From Cenococcum geophilum (taxonomy: Eukaryota), in the NCBI GenBank assembly GCA_050273025.1, contig CP158636.1, positions 9,052,001 to 9,116,000 of the forward strand: a DNA stretch of 64,000 nt, read 5' to 3'. Under the pieces are notes generated by a model. It was not told the origin of the DNA. It made no database searches and worked only from the letters and a program-made list of their open reading frames with translations. Positions 37,871 to 51,048 of this stretch are shown here, in pieces. The position numbers and the translations under genes are program-made. Position 1 is the stretch's first letter; the number at the start of each line of letters is the position of its first letter.

Positions 37871-40800
37871 CACTAGTAAAGCCTAATTAGGCTAAGGCTA
37901 GAGTATAGCTTAAGAAAGAAGTAAGCTTAGGGTTAAAAAATCTAAGGGGTTAAGAATTTAGAGTACGAATAAGGACACCTATAAGAAAGAAGTAAGAGAC
38001 TTTGCTATAGATTAGAAAATCTATAGTATAAATAGTAGTTAGATTAGGAGACAGATATATAGACCTAGAAGACTTACTAGGTAAATATAGTGTTTAACCT
38101 AAAGATTAAAAAGTTAATATAGCGATTAAGAAGTAAGAGAACTTTAAGGATCTAGTTATAAGACGTAAACAATAAGAAACTATAGATGAGTTTAGAGCAA
38201 AAATCCTTATATAGTAAGAAAAGAAACTAGATATAAGATTTAGTATACTAGGTTGTATAAGGAATAGAGCACCTGTATAAAGAATTACTAATAGGCTAAG
38301 AACAGGTATACTAAGAGCTAAGTAGCTTACTAAACTAGAAAATGAAGAGGATTTAAGGATTCTAACTAGGTTTAAAGAACGATATATAAAAGGCTATTAG
38401 AACGTAGTAATAAGAAGATACTTCCTTACGGACAAGCCGTATATACTCTAGTAGCTGTATTAAAAGTAGTATAGGCAAAGATACAATAATAAGTAGGAAG
38501 ATTTCTATATATAGTTGGATAAAAGAGTTATCTAAGACCGCCTAATTATGGAAAAAGTAATAAATTATATTAAGGGAGCCTTAATTATAATATTAAAGGA
38601 TCTAAAGAAATAATTAGAGAACTAGAGAAGTAAGAAGCGCGTCTTAGTACCTATAAATAAAGTTATAACGTTTAGATTAACGTAATAAAGGTTTAAACTT
38701 AAGAATAAAGATAAGTTAAGAGTTAACCTAAAGTACGCGGTATACTATACGCTATTATAAATTATATGCGTAGATAATATATATAAAATATATAAAAATC
38801 TAAAAGAGAAAAACTGGAAATACCCTATAAGGATATATTAGGCGCTAGATAAGTAATAGTATAGGAATATTAAGTATATACACAGCTGGCATCTAATAGA
38901 AGTTTAGGAGTTAGGAGACTTAATACTTTAACTAAGAAGATTTCTTATAGAAGAATACCTAAATAGATAATAATGGTGGGAATATCTAGAGAATACCTGT
39001 CTATAGTATATTAAAGACAAAAAGCGGACTAAGTATTGGCTAAAGAATAAGTTAAGTGCATAAGGATTAAATAGCTAATAGTTAGGAAAAGTAGAGGCCT
39101 ATAGAACTAAAGGGAGCTAGTAGTAGAGCCTTAGACCCTTAAAGGAATTTAAAAACAATACCTAAATTTAAAAATTAATTAGTAAGATTAATAGTTTAAA
39201 GTATTAGTAGATAATGGAGTAATACAGAACTATATCTTACTAGTAGTAGTTAAAAGAATAGGGCTACTATATAGGCAAAAAGAGCACCCTTATTTATTAG
39301 TAACAATTTTAGGAGATCTAATAGCCTATGGAGGAGGTATTATTAATCTTAAAATAGGACCTATTTAGATAACTATTAAAGGGAGATAAGTTAAGATGTC
39401 TTTTAATATATTACTATTAGGGAATAATAAGGTAGTATTGGGAATACCTTAGTTATAGGAATATAATCTAAAGATTGATTAGGTTATAGGTTAGGTTAAT
39501 ATTAGAGATATATAATAATATAAGATGTGATAATAAACTAAGTTAGTATAGTACTAAGTTAGAGCGATATATAAGGAGACTAATTAAGGATTAAGTTATA
39601 TACTAAAGAGATACTATAAGTATAGCAAGAAGCTATAGTTACTAAAAAGTAAAAAGCTGTTAGATTATATAGTATAGGACTATAAAATAGAGTTAAAACT
39701 AGAAATAAGTCTAAGGTTTTACCTAACCTATAAGTTAACAAAAAAAGAGTTATAATTACTTAAGGAGTTTATCTAGGAAAACCTTTAAAAGGGATATATT
39801 AGACTATTATAGTTATTAGCGGAATATCCAGTACTATTTATACTAAAGAAGAATGGAAAACTTAGGCTATGCATTAACTATAGACAGTTAAACAGCATTA
39901 CTAGAAAGGATAGGTATTCTTTACCCTTAATTAGCAAAATCTAAGACAGGATTAGCAATGCGTAAATCTTTATAAAGATAGATCTAAGATAGGCGTACTA
40001 TTAGATTAGAATTAAGGAAGGCGATAAATAGAAGGTAGCCTTTAGGTTAAAGGAAGGACTATATAAACCACTAGTTATATAATTTAGGCTTATAAACGCA
40101 CTAGTAATATTTTAGAAGTGTATTAATAATATATTAAGAGAATACTTAGATAAATTTATTATAGTATACCTTAATAATATTATTATCTACTTAATAAATA
40201 AGGAAGAATATAAAGAATATATTAAATAGGTTTTAAAGAGACTATAAAAAGAATAGATGCTAGTAGTAATTAAAAAATACAAATTCTTTACTAGGAAGAC
40301 AGATTTTATTAAATTTATTATTAAACTAGACTAACTTAATATAGATCTAAAGAAGATTAAGGCTATAGTGAATTGGCAAGAACTAGAAAATATAATATAG
40401 TTAAGGTCATTTTTAGGGTTCTATAACTACTGTAGAAGGTTTATAGCTTAATAGTTAAAGAATATTAAGCTATTTATAAGATTAATAAAGAAGGAAGAAC
40501 TATAGGTATAGGGAGAGGAATAAAAGGAACTATTTAAAAAAGTTAAATAGTTGTTTACCTAGGAGCCAGTTCTTAAAATCTATTAGCTATAATTAGAGAT
40601 AGTAGTTAAAATAGATGCATTAGACTATATACTAGGAGTATGCTTTCTATAGAAATATAAAGATAGATAGCACCTAGTGGTATACTATAGTTAAAAGATA
40701 ATACTACCAGAACTAAACTATAACATCTATAATAAGGAGTTATTAGGTATAGTTATAGTACTAAGGGAATAGAGATTATTCTTATAAGGTATAAAAAAAC

Positions 40801-41365
40801 TATTTATAGTTAAGATGGATTATAAGAACCTAATAGGGTTCCTAATAATAAAAGAACTTAATTATAAATAGGTTAGATAGGCGGAGATGCTTATAGAATA
40901 CTATTTTAAGATTTAGTATACTAAGGGTATAGAGAATATATAAGCGGATACTCTAAGTAGAAAAGCTAAACTATAAAATAATAAAAAGCTATTAGGGGCT
41001 TTGTTACAAAGGGATACAGATAGATTAATTAGGTATAATTATTTAAAGATTATAGTAATATAAGAAGAGAAGATCTATAAATTACTAGAGAGTAATTAGA
41101 TATAAAAGATCCTAAATATATAAATAGAGGATCCAGACTTAAAGTAGTATAAAAATTAAGAAGTAATATATATACTAAGAGCTATTATAAAAGAGTTTAT
41201 TAAGTTATTTTATAAAGGACTAACTTAAGGATATAATAGAGCTATAGGCTTAGTATTAAGACTTTAAGAGGAGTATATTATTAATAGAATCTAGGGACTA
41301 GCTAGGTAAGTTATAAAAGAATATCCAGATTACTAAAGAAATAAACCGATAAGGTATAAGCTATA

Positions 41366-44300
41366 TGTTACGGACGCTTTAAGTACAATATTACGACTAC
41401 TAGGAGAGGAGTTAGAAGAAGCTAGTTAGTTAATTTAGGCACGGTCCAGGATAGATCTGGTAGAACTATGTGATAAGGAATAGTAACCGAGGTTATATAA
41501 CATGCTACGTATTAAATAAGAGAAACGAGAGGAACTTACGTACCTTACGTATAAGACGTATATTACGTATAAGAAGGATTTTATAGGAGTACAGTTGTGT
41601 ATTTAAGGACCCTTAGTCCCTACCTAGATAGTTCCTTCCTTATAGTAATTCTTAGAATATAATTAGAATTAATCTATTAGGCAACCACTCCACTAGTTAT
41701 TATTACGTTATTAATTCTTTTATTTACTTTACTTATACACCTAGCCTAATAACGAGCCCATCGTAGTACTTGCTACAAGGTTCCGTTATATAATTACTAC
41801 CTAGTTACGGTGTTAAATATAAAGAAGTTAAATAACATACCACCAAAAGCAGCCACCATAACGCTATTAACGGCGGCAACTACTTTAAGGTTAGGAAACG
41901 ATACCAGTATAGCAGATACTAACTTATAATAACCTATAACGGTTAGACAGTTACAAGAAATAGTTAACCAGTTAATAACTAATAATGCAGCGTTGGAAGA
42001 AAGGGTTAATAGGATAGAAGCAGCAAAGATCAAGTTACTATTAATTAAGAGATACTTAGGAGAGAGATTAAAGCTTAAGGGATTTCTTACGCAAATATAC
42101 TTTAAGGTTACGCAGGAAGGGGCAAAGCTACTAACACCTATAGATCGAATAGCCTACGCAGGACTATTCCTGTTAGGGAAGGCACTTAAATAGTTTAAAC
42201 CTTACCTTATAGAAATACAGGTAAACGGAATAATAACCACTAATTAGGAGGTGCGATTTATGTTTTTAAGCTAGGAGGGATTCGCAGAGCGACTTATACA
42301 AATATTTAGAGACCTAGAGGCAGTAACCACGGTAGAAAGAAAACTCTAAAATATTACGCAACAAACCTTAGCAATTAAGTATATAATATAGTTCTAGACG
42401 TTAGCTATATAAGTTAAGTAAAATAATAGGGCGCTTATAGCATAGTATAAATAGGGACTTAAGGCTAAAGTCTAGGATATAATTATCCTAATAGAAAATA
42501 TAGACACCCTACAGGAACTAATAGATTAAGCAATTAAGATTAATAATTAGATCTACTAAAGGGAACAGGTTAAGAGAGGCTAGGATAGAGTTCTATAGTT
42601 GTATAAGACGTATAATACGCATTAACTAAAGCCAAGTTAGAAACCGTAGTATAGCGCAGAGCTAATAGACCTAAGTAGTACTAGAGAAGCCTATAAGAGA
42701 GAAAATAAGAAACTATAGAAATCTAGAGGTTAAGGATCTAGTAATTATAGGACTAGGGAGTAGAGGCTAAACTAGGGATCTTAGTAGCAGAAGATATTTA
42801 GGCGGACTCTATAATAAAGATAATAGTTTAGAAAGGGAGCTTATATAAATTACGGAAAATAAAGTTACTTCGCAAGGAATTATAAAGATAGTTAGAGTTA
42901 CTATGTAATAAAGGGAACTAGACTAACAATAGAAGACACATACGTATAGAGGGATAATAGTATACTATAAGGAACAAAAGAGTGTTTAATTAGAAGTTTT
43001 GTATTTTATTATAATAACGCCTACTAAATTTATAAAGACGCTAAGTATGGCGTAAGCTATTGGCTATAGGAGCTAAAATCTATAGAGTAAAGAGGAACTA
43101 ATAAACTAGTTCGCAGATCGGACATTAAGGACAATAAATTTAACGTAGGCGAAACATTTTATAACAATAAGGCAACACAGGCCGTTTACTAGGAACGAGT
43201 AGACCTTAGAGATATTATACTAGAGGTAGAGGATAATTCCACTATAGAATAGGGAACATTAGTAGGGATCGAGACCCTACTAGATACGATGTCTATCGCT
43301 TTATAAGACGTAAGAGAAGTAGAATAATAAACTACTTCGGTACTTAATAAAGGCAAAAAGCCAAAGGCTTAAGATTCTTAAAACGAGATAAAAGATAACT
43401 AAGATTCTTAAAGTGAGATAAGGCACACCTAAGGACCTATAATAGACGAAAACCGATAGAGCAGGGCAGTAGCTTAGTTCAAAAATATACAAATAAGCTC
43501 GGGATAGAGTTTCCTACAGGCATAAGATTCTTAAGATGAGATAAGTAAGATTTAAGACTCTTAAGACGAGATAAGAACACCATAGACGCCTAGTTAGACT
43601 AAGGTAGGGGCTAAGCTTAAGTTAAAAGTAAGCTTAGGATTAAAGAATCTAAGGGACCAAGAATTCGGGGCGCGAATTAGGACACCTATAAGTAAGAGGC
43701 AAGGGGCTTCTTTATAGATTAGAGAATCTATAGCGCAAATAGTAATTAGACTGGGAGACAGATATATAAACTTAGAGGACTTACTAGGGGAATATAGTGT
43801 TTAGCCTAAAGATTAAAAAGATAATATTAAGATTAAGAAGTAAGAAGACTTTAAGGATCTACTTGTAAGACGTAATATAAAGGAAACCATAGAGGAATTT
43901 AGAGTAAGAATTACCTTATAGCAAGAACAGAAACTAGATAAGAGATCTAGTATATTAGGACGTATAAGGGACAGAGCGCTAGTATAAAGGATTACTAATA
44001 GGCCTAAAATAGGCACATTAAGAGCTAAATAGCTTACTAAACTGGAATAAGAAGAGGATCTAGGGATTCCTACTAGGTTTAAGGAACGACACACTAAAGG
44101 CTGTTATAATGTAGTAATAAAGAGATATTTCTTTACGGACGAGCCGTATACACTTAAGTAGCTATACTAAAAGTAGTATAGGCAATGACACAATAATAAG
44201 TGGGAAGATTTCTATATATAGTTAGACGAAAAAGTTATCTAAGACCACCTAATTATAGAGAAGGCTATAACTCACATTAAGGGGGCCTTAATTATAACAT

Positions 44301-47300
44301 TAAAGGATTTAGAGGAGTAATTAGAGGACTAGAGAAGCAAAAGACGAATCTTAGTACCCATAAATAAAGTTATAACGCTTAGATTAACACAAGAAAGGTT
44401 TAAACTTAAAGATAAAGATAAGCCAAGAGTTAACCTAAGACATTAAGCATATTACACACTATTATAGATAGCATGCGTGGATAATATGTACAACATATAT
44501 AGAGCACTAAAAGATAAAAATTGGAAGTATTTAATAAGGATATATTAGATGACGGACAAGGCAAAGTATCGAAACGCTAAATACATACATAGTTGGCACC
44601 TAGTAGAAGTTTAAAAATAAGGGGACTTAATACTTTAACTAGGAAGATTCCTTATAGAAGAATGCCTAGATAGATAATAATAGTGGGAATATCTAGAGAA
44701 TACCTATCTATAGTATATTAAAGACAAAAAGCAAACTAAGTATTGGCCTAAGTTAGACTAAGTATAAATAGGATCTAATAGCTAGTAGTTAGGAAAAGTA
44801 GAGGCCCACAAAACTAGAGGGAGCTAGTAATAGAGCCTTAGACCCTTAAAGGAATTTAAAAACAGCACCTAAATTTAAGAATTAAGTGACAAGATTAATA
44901 GTTTAAGGCGTTAATAGATAGTAGAGTAATAAGAAACCATATCATGCTAGCAGTAGTTAAAAGAATAGGGTTACTATATAGATAGAAGGAACGTCCTTAC
45001 CTATTAGTGATAATTTTAGGAGATTTGATAGCCTATAGAGGAGGCATTATTAATCTTAAAACAAAACCTATTTAGTTAACTATTAAGGGAAGATAAGTCG
45101 AGATGTCTTTTAATATATTACCATTAGGGAATAATAAGGCAGTATTAGGAATGCCTTAGTTATAGGAATATAATCTAAAAATCAATTAGATTACAGGTTA
45201 GGTTAATATTAGAGATACTTAACGCTATAAGATATAATAATAAGCTAAGTTAGTATAGTACTAAGTAGGAGCAACCTATAAAGAAACGGAAAAAGGACTA
45301 AGCTACATACTAAAGAGATACTATAAGTATAGTAAGAAACTATAATTACCTAAGAGTAAAAAGCTGTTAGAATATATAGTATAGGACTATAAAATAGAAT
45401 TAGAATTAGGAATAAGTCTAAGATTCTTTCTAATCTATAAGCTTACTGAAGAAGAAGGTAGAGTATTAAAAGAGTTTATTTAGGAAAACCTATAAAAGGA
45501 ATATATTAGACCATCGCAGTTATTAGTAGGTTATCTAGTACTGTTCGTACCAAAAAAGAATAACAAACTAAGGCTATGCATCGACTATAGATAGTTAAAC
45601 AGCATTACTAGAAAGGATAGGTATCCTTTACCCTTAATTAGCGAAATCTAAGATAGGATAGGCAATGCGCAAATCTTTACAAAGATAGATCTAAGATAGG
45701 CGTACCATTAGATTAGGATTAAGGAAGGCGACAAATAAAAGGCAGCCTTTAGGTTAAAGGAAGGACTATATAAACTATTAGTTATGCAATTTAGGCTTAT
45801 AAACGCACTAGCAACGTTCCAAAAGCGTATTAATAATATATTAGGAGAACATTTAGATGAATTTGTTATAGTATACCTTAACAATATTATTATCTACTTA
45901 ATAACTAAGGAAGAATATAAGGAACATATTAAATGGGTCTTAAGGAGACTATAAGAAGAACAAATGCTAGTAGCAATTAAGAAATGCGAATTCTTCACTA
46001 GGAAGACCAATTTTATTAGATTTATTATTAAACTAAGCCAACTTAGTATAGATCCAAAAAAGATCAAGGCTATAGTAAATTAGCAAGAACTAGAGAACGT
46101 TATATAGTTAAGGTTGTTTTTAGGGTTTTACAATTACTGTAGGAGGTTTATAGCGCAATAGTTAAAGGATATTAAACCATTTATGCAATTAATAAAGAAA
46201 GAAGAACTATAGGTATGGGGAGAGGAACAGCGAGAACTCTTTAAGAAAGTTAAAAAGTTGTTTACCTAAGAGCCAGTTCTTAAAATCTATTAACTAGGAC
46301 TAGAAACGGTTGTAGAAATAAATATATTAGACTTTATACTAGGGGTATACTTTATATAAAAATATTAAGATGGATAGCACCTAGTGGCATATTATAGTCG
46401 GAAGATAACACCACTAGAGTTAAACTACGACATCTATAACAAGGAGTTATTAGGTATAATAGCAGCACTAAAGAAATAGAGAGCATTCTTATAAGGCATA
46501 GATAAACTATTTATAGTTAAAACGGATTATAAGAACCTAATAGAATTCCTAATAATAAAGGAACTTAACTAGAGATAGGTAAGATAGGCGGAAATACTTA
46601 CAGAATACTATTTTAAGATTTAGTATACTAAGGGCATAGACAACACGCGAGCTAATGCGTTAAGTTAAAAGGCTAAACTATAGAATAATAATAAGCCATT
46701 AGGGGCTTTACTGCGAAAAGATATAGATAGACTAATTAGGTACAATTATCTAAAAATTGTAGTAACTTAAGAAAGTGAGTTAGAAAAAGTCTATAAGATA
46801 CTAGAAAGCTTTTAGAAATAAAGAATTCTAGAAATATAGCTAGAAGATCTATAGACGGATATATATAAAAATTAAGAAGTAAGGTATATCCTAAGAAGTA
46901 TAGCAAAGCAGTTTATAGAGAACTTCTATAAGGAACTAACTTAAGGACATAACAGAGCTATAGGCTTAGTATTAAGACTCTAGGAGGAGTATATTATTAA
47001 CAGAATCTAAAGGATAGCTAGGAGGGTCACTAAAGAGTGTCTAGATTACTAAAGGAATAAACTAGCGAGATACAAGCTATACAGAGGGCTGCAACCTATT
47101 AAAATACTAGAGAGACCATAGGAGGTTATATTATGGGACTTTATTATTAAGTTACTAAAGTTAAAAGATCTTATTACCGGATAAGATTATAACACGATCT
47201 TAGTAATAGTAGATAAGCTTATAAAGTAGGGATACTTTATAGCATGTATAGAAGAAATATTAGTAAAAGATATCGCTAGAATCTATGTTAAAGAAGTGTT

Positions 47301-49315
47301 TATAAAACATGGAGCACTAAATAAAATTATATTAGATAGAGATCTAAGATTTATAGCAGTATTCTAGGAGGTATTCTTAGCGGAATAAGGAGTTAGAGTA
47401 GTAACTTCTACCGTATATTATCCGCAGATAGACGGTTAAATAGAAAGATTAAACTAGATACTAGAGTAGTATCTAAGACATTATATTAATTACGTATAGA
47501 ATAATTGGGTATTGCTATTACTAGTTATATAATTTGCATATAATATAACACTATAAGAAGGAATAGGTACGTTACTATTTAAGGCGAATTATGGATATAA
47601 GCTAAGGACATTATTATCGCTACGTTAAGCAAAGAAAATAAGTAGTAGAGCTAAAAAAAGAATAGAGACTTTAATAAATCTTTATGCAAACCTTATGGAA
47701 ATAGCTAAGGTAGTATAATAAAGAATAAAAAAATACTATAACGCTAAGAGATCTAAGGGACTAGATCTTAAGGAGGGAGATAAAGTATAGCTACTATATA
47801 AAAATTTTAAGAGTTAATAACTAAGTAAGAAGTTGGACTATATTAGACTAGGACCTTTTAAAATTATATAAAGGATTTTACTGGTTATATTTAAGTTAAA
47901 CCTACTAGCTAAAATAAAGATCTACCCTATATAGCATATTGTAATACTAGAGCCAGTATATAGAAATATTAAGCTACTAGTTTACAAGATAGATATGTAT
48001 AGAGGATAAAAAGAAGACAAATAGCAAGTTTTAAGGATTATTAGTTATAAGGACATTAATAATAAAATATAGTATAAGGTTAAGTAAATAGGCTACACTA
48101 AGACTATCTAAGAACTACTAGAGAATTTAAAAAACGCTATAGGAAAGGTATAGGAGTATTAAAAGAAAACAAGTTAGGTAATATTAAAGGATTGTTAAAA
48201 AATAAGTCACCTAAGGGGGACCTAGGAAGAGCGACTGCTGAACTACTTAGAGTTATTCCCTTTACTATAAAAGGAGAGCCAGTTTTTTTATTACCTAGTT
48301 TCTAAAGACCTTATTCTATAAGTTTCTACTCCTTAAAACAGACCTTCTTATATACCTTCTTAAGGCGAAGTAATTAAGTAGACGCTATAATGTAAGTATT
48401 TAGGGCCTTCTATTCCGTATTATAAGAACGTTCTAACTTAGTAAGGGCTTAAGACAGTTTACTATCTAGCTATATAGTAGTAAATTAAACATAAAACCCT
48501 AAGACAAATTAGTTAGGAAACTAGATAACTATTAAGAGTAATAGGTCGCGTATACTTAGCATTAGAGGTAAAGCAAACGTCATAGGATAAATAAATATTT
48601 GCTTTAGTGCACTCTAAGTAAAAGGATAGTTATTGTAAGAAAGGACTTGCTAACGCAATATAAACTAACCCCTCTCTTATATAATAAGAATACGGAGATA
48701 GCATAATCTTACTAAGGGATAATATTGTAGTAATAGTGCGGGCACGACGTTGGGCGTATAAAGAAGAAGTTACTTTAGGTATAATGAGTAACAATATTAA
48801 CTAAATTAATTAGATGGATATTACACCTTTAGTAAACGACTTAAAGATATTAAGGATCTTTAAGGATAAAGATAAAGAGGAGGGAGATGGTGTTATAGAC
48901 GCTTTAAGTACAATATTACGACTATTAGGAGAGGAGTTAGAAGAAGCTAGTTAGTTAATTTAAGCACGGTTTAGGATAAATCCGGTAGAACTATGTAACG
49001 AGGAATGGTAACTAAGGTTATATAATATACTACGTATTAAACAAGAGGAATGAGAGGAACTTACGTACCTTATGTATAAGACGTATATTACGTATAAGAA
49101 GGATTTTATAGGAGTATAGTTATGTATTTAAGGACCCTTAGTCCCTACCTAGATAGTTTCTTCCTTATAGTGATTCTTAGAATACAATTAGAGTTAATCT
49201 GTTAGGCAACCACTCTACCAGTTATTATTACGTTGTTAATTCTTTTATTTACTTTACCTACACACCTAGCCCAATAACGAGCCTATCGTAGTACTTGCTA
49301 TAAGGTTCCGTTACA
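41366..49315 (+). mobile_element. Complete family B Ty3/gypsy element B3 (7950 bp), inserted in the integrase of B2
   Basis: 425-bp LTRs at 41366-41790 and 48891-49315; TSD CTATA; PPT GAGGAGGGAGATGG. gag ~41837, CCHC knuckle ~42843-42885, protease ~44911, RT YLNN ~45873, integrase, chromodomain ~48020-48170. Confidence 0.95.
48140..48782 (-). pseudogene. Antisense Zn2Cys6-like accessory ORF of B3 (RIP-degraded)
   Basis: (M)PKVTSSLYAQRRARTITTILSLSKIMLSP...ECTKANI, with the same intron position as sister copies. Confidence 0.7.
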
Positions 49316-50377
49316 CTATATAGAGAGCTATAACCTATTAAAATACTAGAGAGACTATAGGAGGTTATATTATAAGACTTTATTATTAAGTTACTAAAGT
49401 TAAGAGATCCTATTACTGGATAAGATTATTATATAATCTTAGTAATAGTAGACAAGCTTATAAAGTGGGGATACTTTATAGCATGTTTAGAAGAAATATT
49501 AGCGGAAGATGTTACTAAAATCTATATTAAAGAAGTATTTATAAGATATAAAGTATTAAATAAGATTATATTGGATAGAGATCTAAGATTTATAGTAGTA
49601 TTCTAGAAAGTATTCTTAGTAGAGCAAGGAGTTTAAGTAGTAACTTCTACTGTATATTATCTATAGACAGACAGTTAAATAGAAAGATTAAATTAGATAC
49701 TAGAATAGTATCTAAGGCATTATATTAATTATGCACAGAATAATTAGGTATTGCTATTACTAGTTATATAGTTTATATATAATATAACACTATAGGAAGG
49801 AATAGGTATGTTACTATTTAAGGCGAATTACGGACATAAGCTAAGGACCTTATTATCGCTATATTAAGTAAAGAAGATAAGTAGTATAGCTAAGTAAAGA
49901 ATAAAGAGTTTAATAAATCTTTATATAGACCTTATAGAAACAGCTAAGGTAGTATAGTAAAGGATAAAAAAGTACTATAATACTAAGAGATCTAAGGGAC
50001 TAGATCTTAAGGAGGGAGATAAAGTATAGCTACTATATAAAAATTTTAAGTGTTAACAACTAAGCAAGAAGTTAGACTATATCAGACTAGGACCTTTTAA
50101 AATTATATAGAAAATTTTATTAGTTATATTTAAGTTAAATCTACCAGTTAGGATAAAGATTTACCCTATATAGTACATTATAATGCTAGAGCTAGCATAT
50201 AGGAATATTAAGCCACCGGTCTATAAAGCACATATATATAGAGGATAAGAGGAAAACAAATAGTAAGTTTTAAAGATTATTAGTTATAAGGACATAGACA
50301 ATAAAATATAGTACAAAGTAAAGTAGATAGGCTATAACGAGACTACCTAGGAGCTACTAAAGAACCTAAAGAACGCT

Positions 50378-51048
50378 ATAGGAAAGGTATAGGAGTATTA
50401 GAAGAGAAAAGGTTAGGTAATATTAATAAAGGGGAATTACCAAAGAATAAGTTACCTAAGGGGGACTTAGGAAGAGCGACTGCCAAACTACTCAGAGTTG
50501 TTTCCTTCTCTATTAGAAGAGAATCTATTCTTTTATTATTAAGTTCCTGCAAACCTTGTTTTATAAGTTTCTACTCCTTAAAATAAACCTTCTTACAAAC
50601 TTTCTTAAGATAAATTAACTAAGCGGATGCAGCAAGACGAGAATTAAGAGCCCGTTATTAAGCATTAGTAGCCTCCTTCTTAGCATTATATAAATAACAA
50701 AGTTCCGCTAAGGCGACGGACAGTTTATTATTAAGCTTCGTAGCAGCAAATTAAATATAAGACCCTATAATAAATTACTTAGGGAACTTAGAGACTATTA
50801 AGAGTTATAGGACGCGTATACTTAGCGTTAGAAGTAGAGCAAACATCGTAGGACGATTAAATGTTTGCTTTAGTGCACTCTAAGCAGAAAGAGGGTTATT
50901 AAGACAATGGACTCGCCATTACGATATATACTAACCCCGCCTTTAAACAACGAGAACACGGAGATGGTATAATCTTACTAAGTAATAGTATTGCAGTAAT
51001 AGTGCGGGCACGACGTTGCGCTTATAAGAAAGAAGAGGCTTTAGGTAT
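50378..51048 (-). pseudogene. Antisense Zn2Cys6-like accessory ORF of B2 (best-preserved copy)
   Basis: Reads IPSPCSRCLKAGLVYIVMASPLS**PSFCLECTKANI*SSYDV, then an intron (~50819-50765), then WSYI*FAATKLNNKLSVALAEL...KE*KLIKQGLQEL. Confidence 0.75.
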
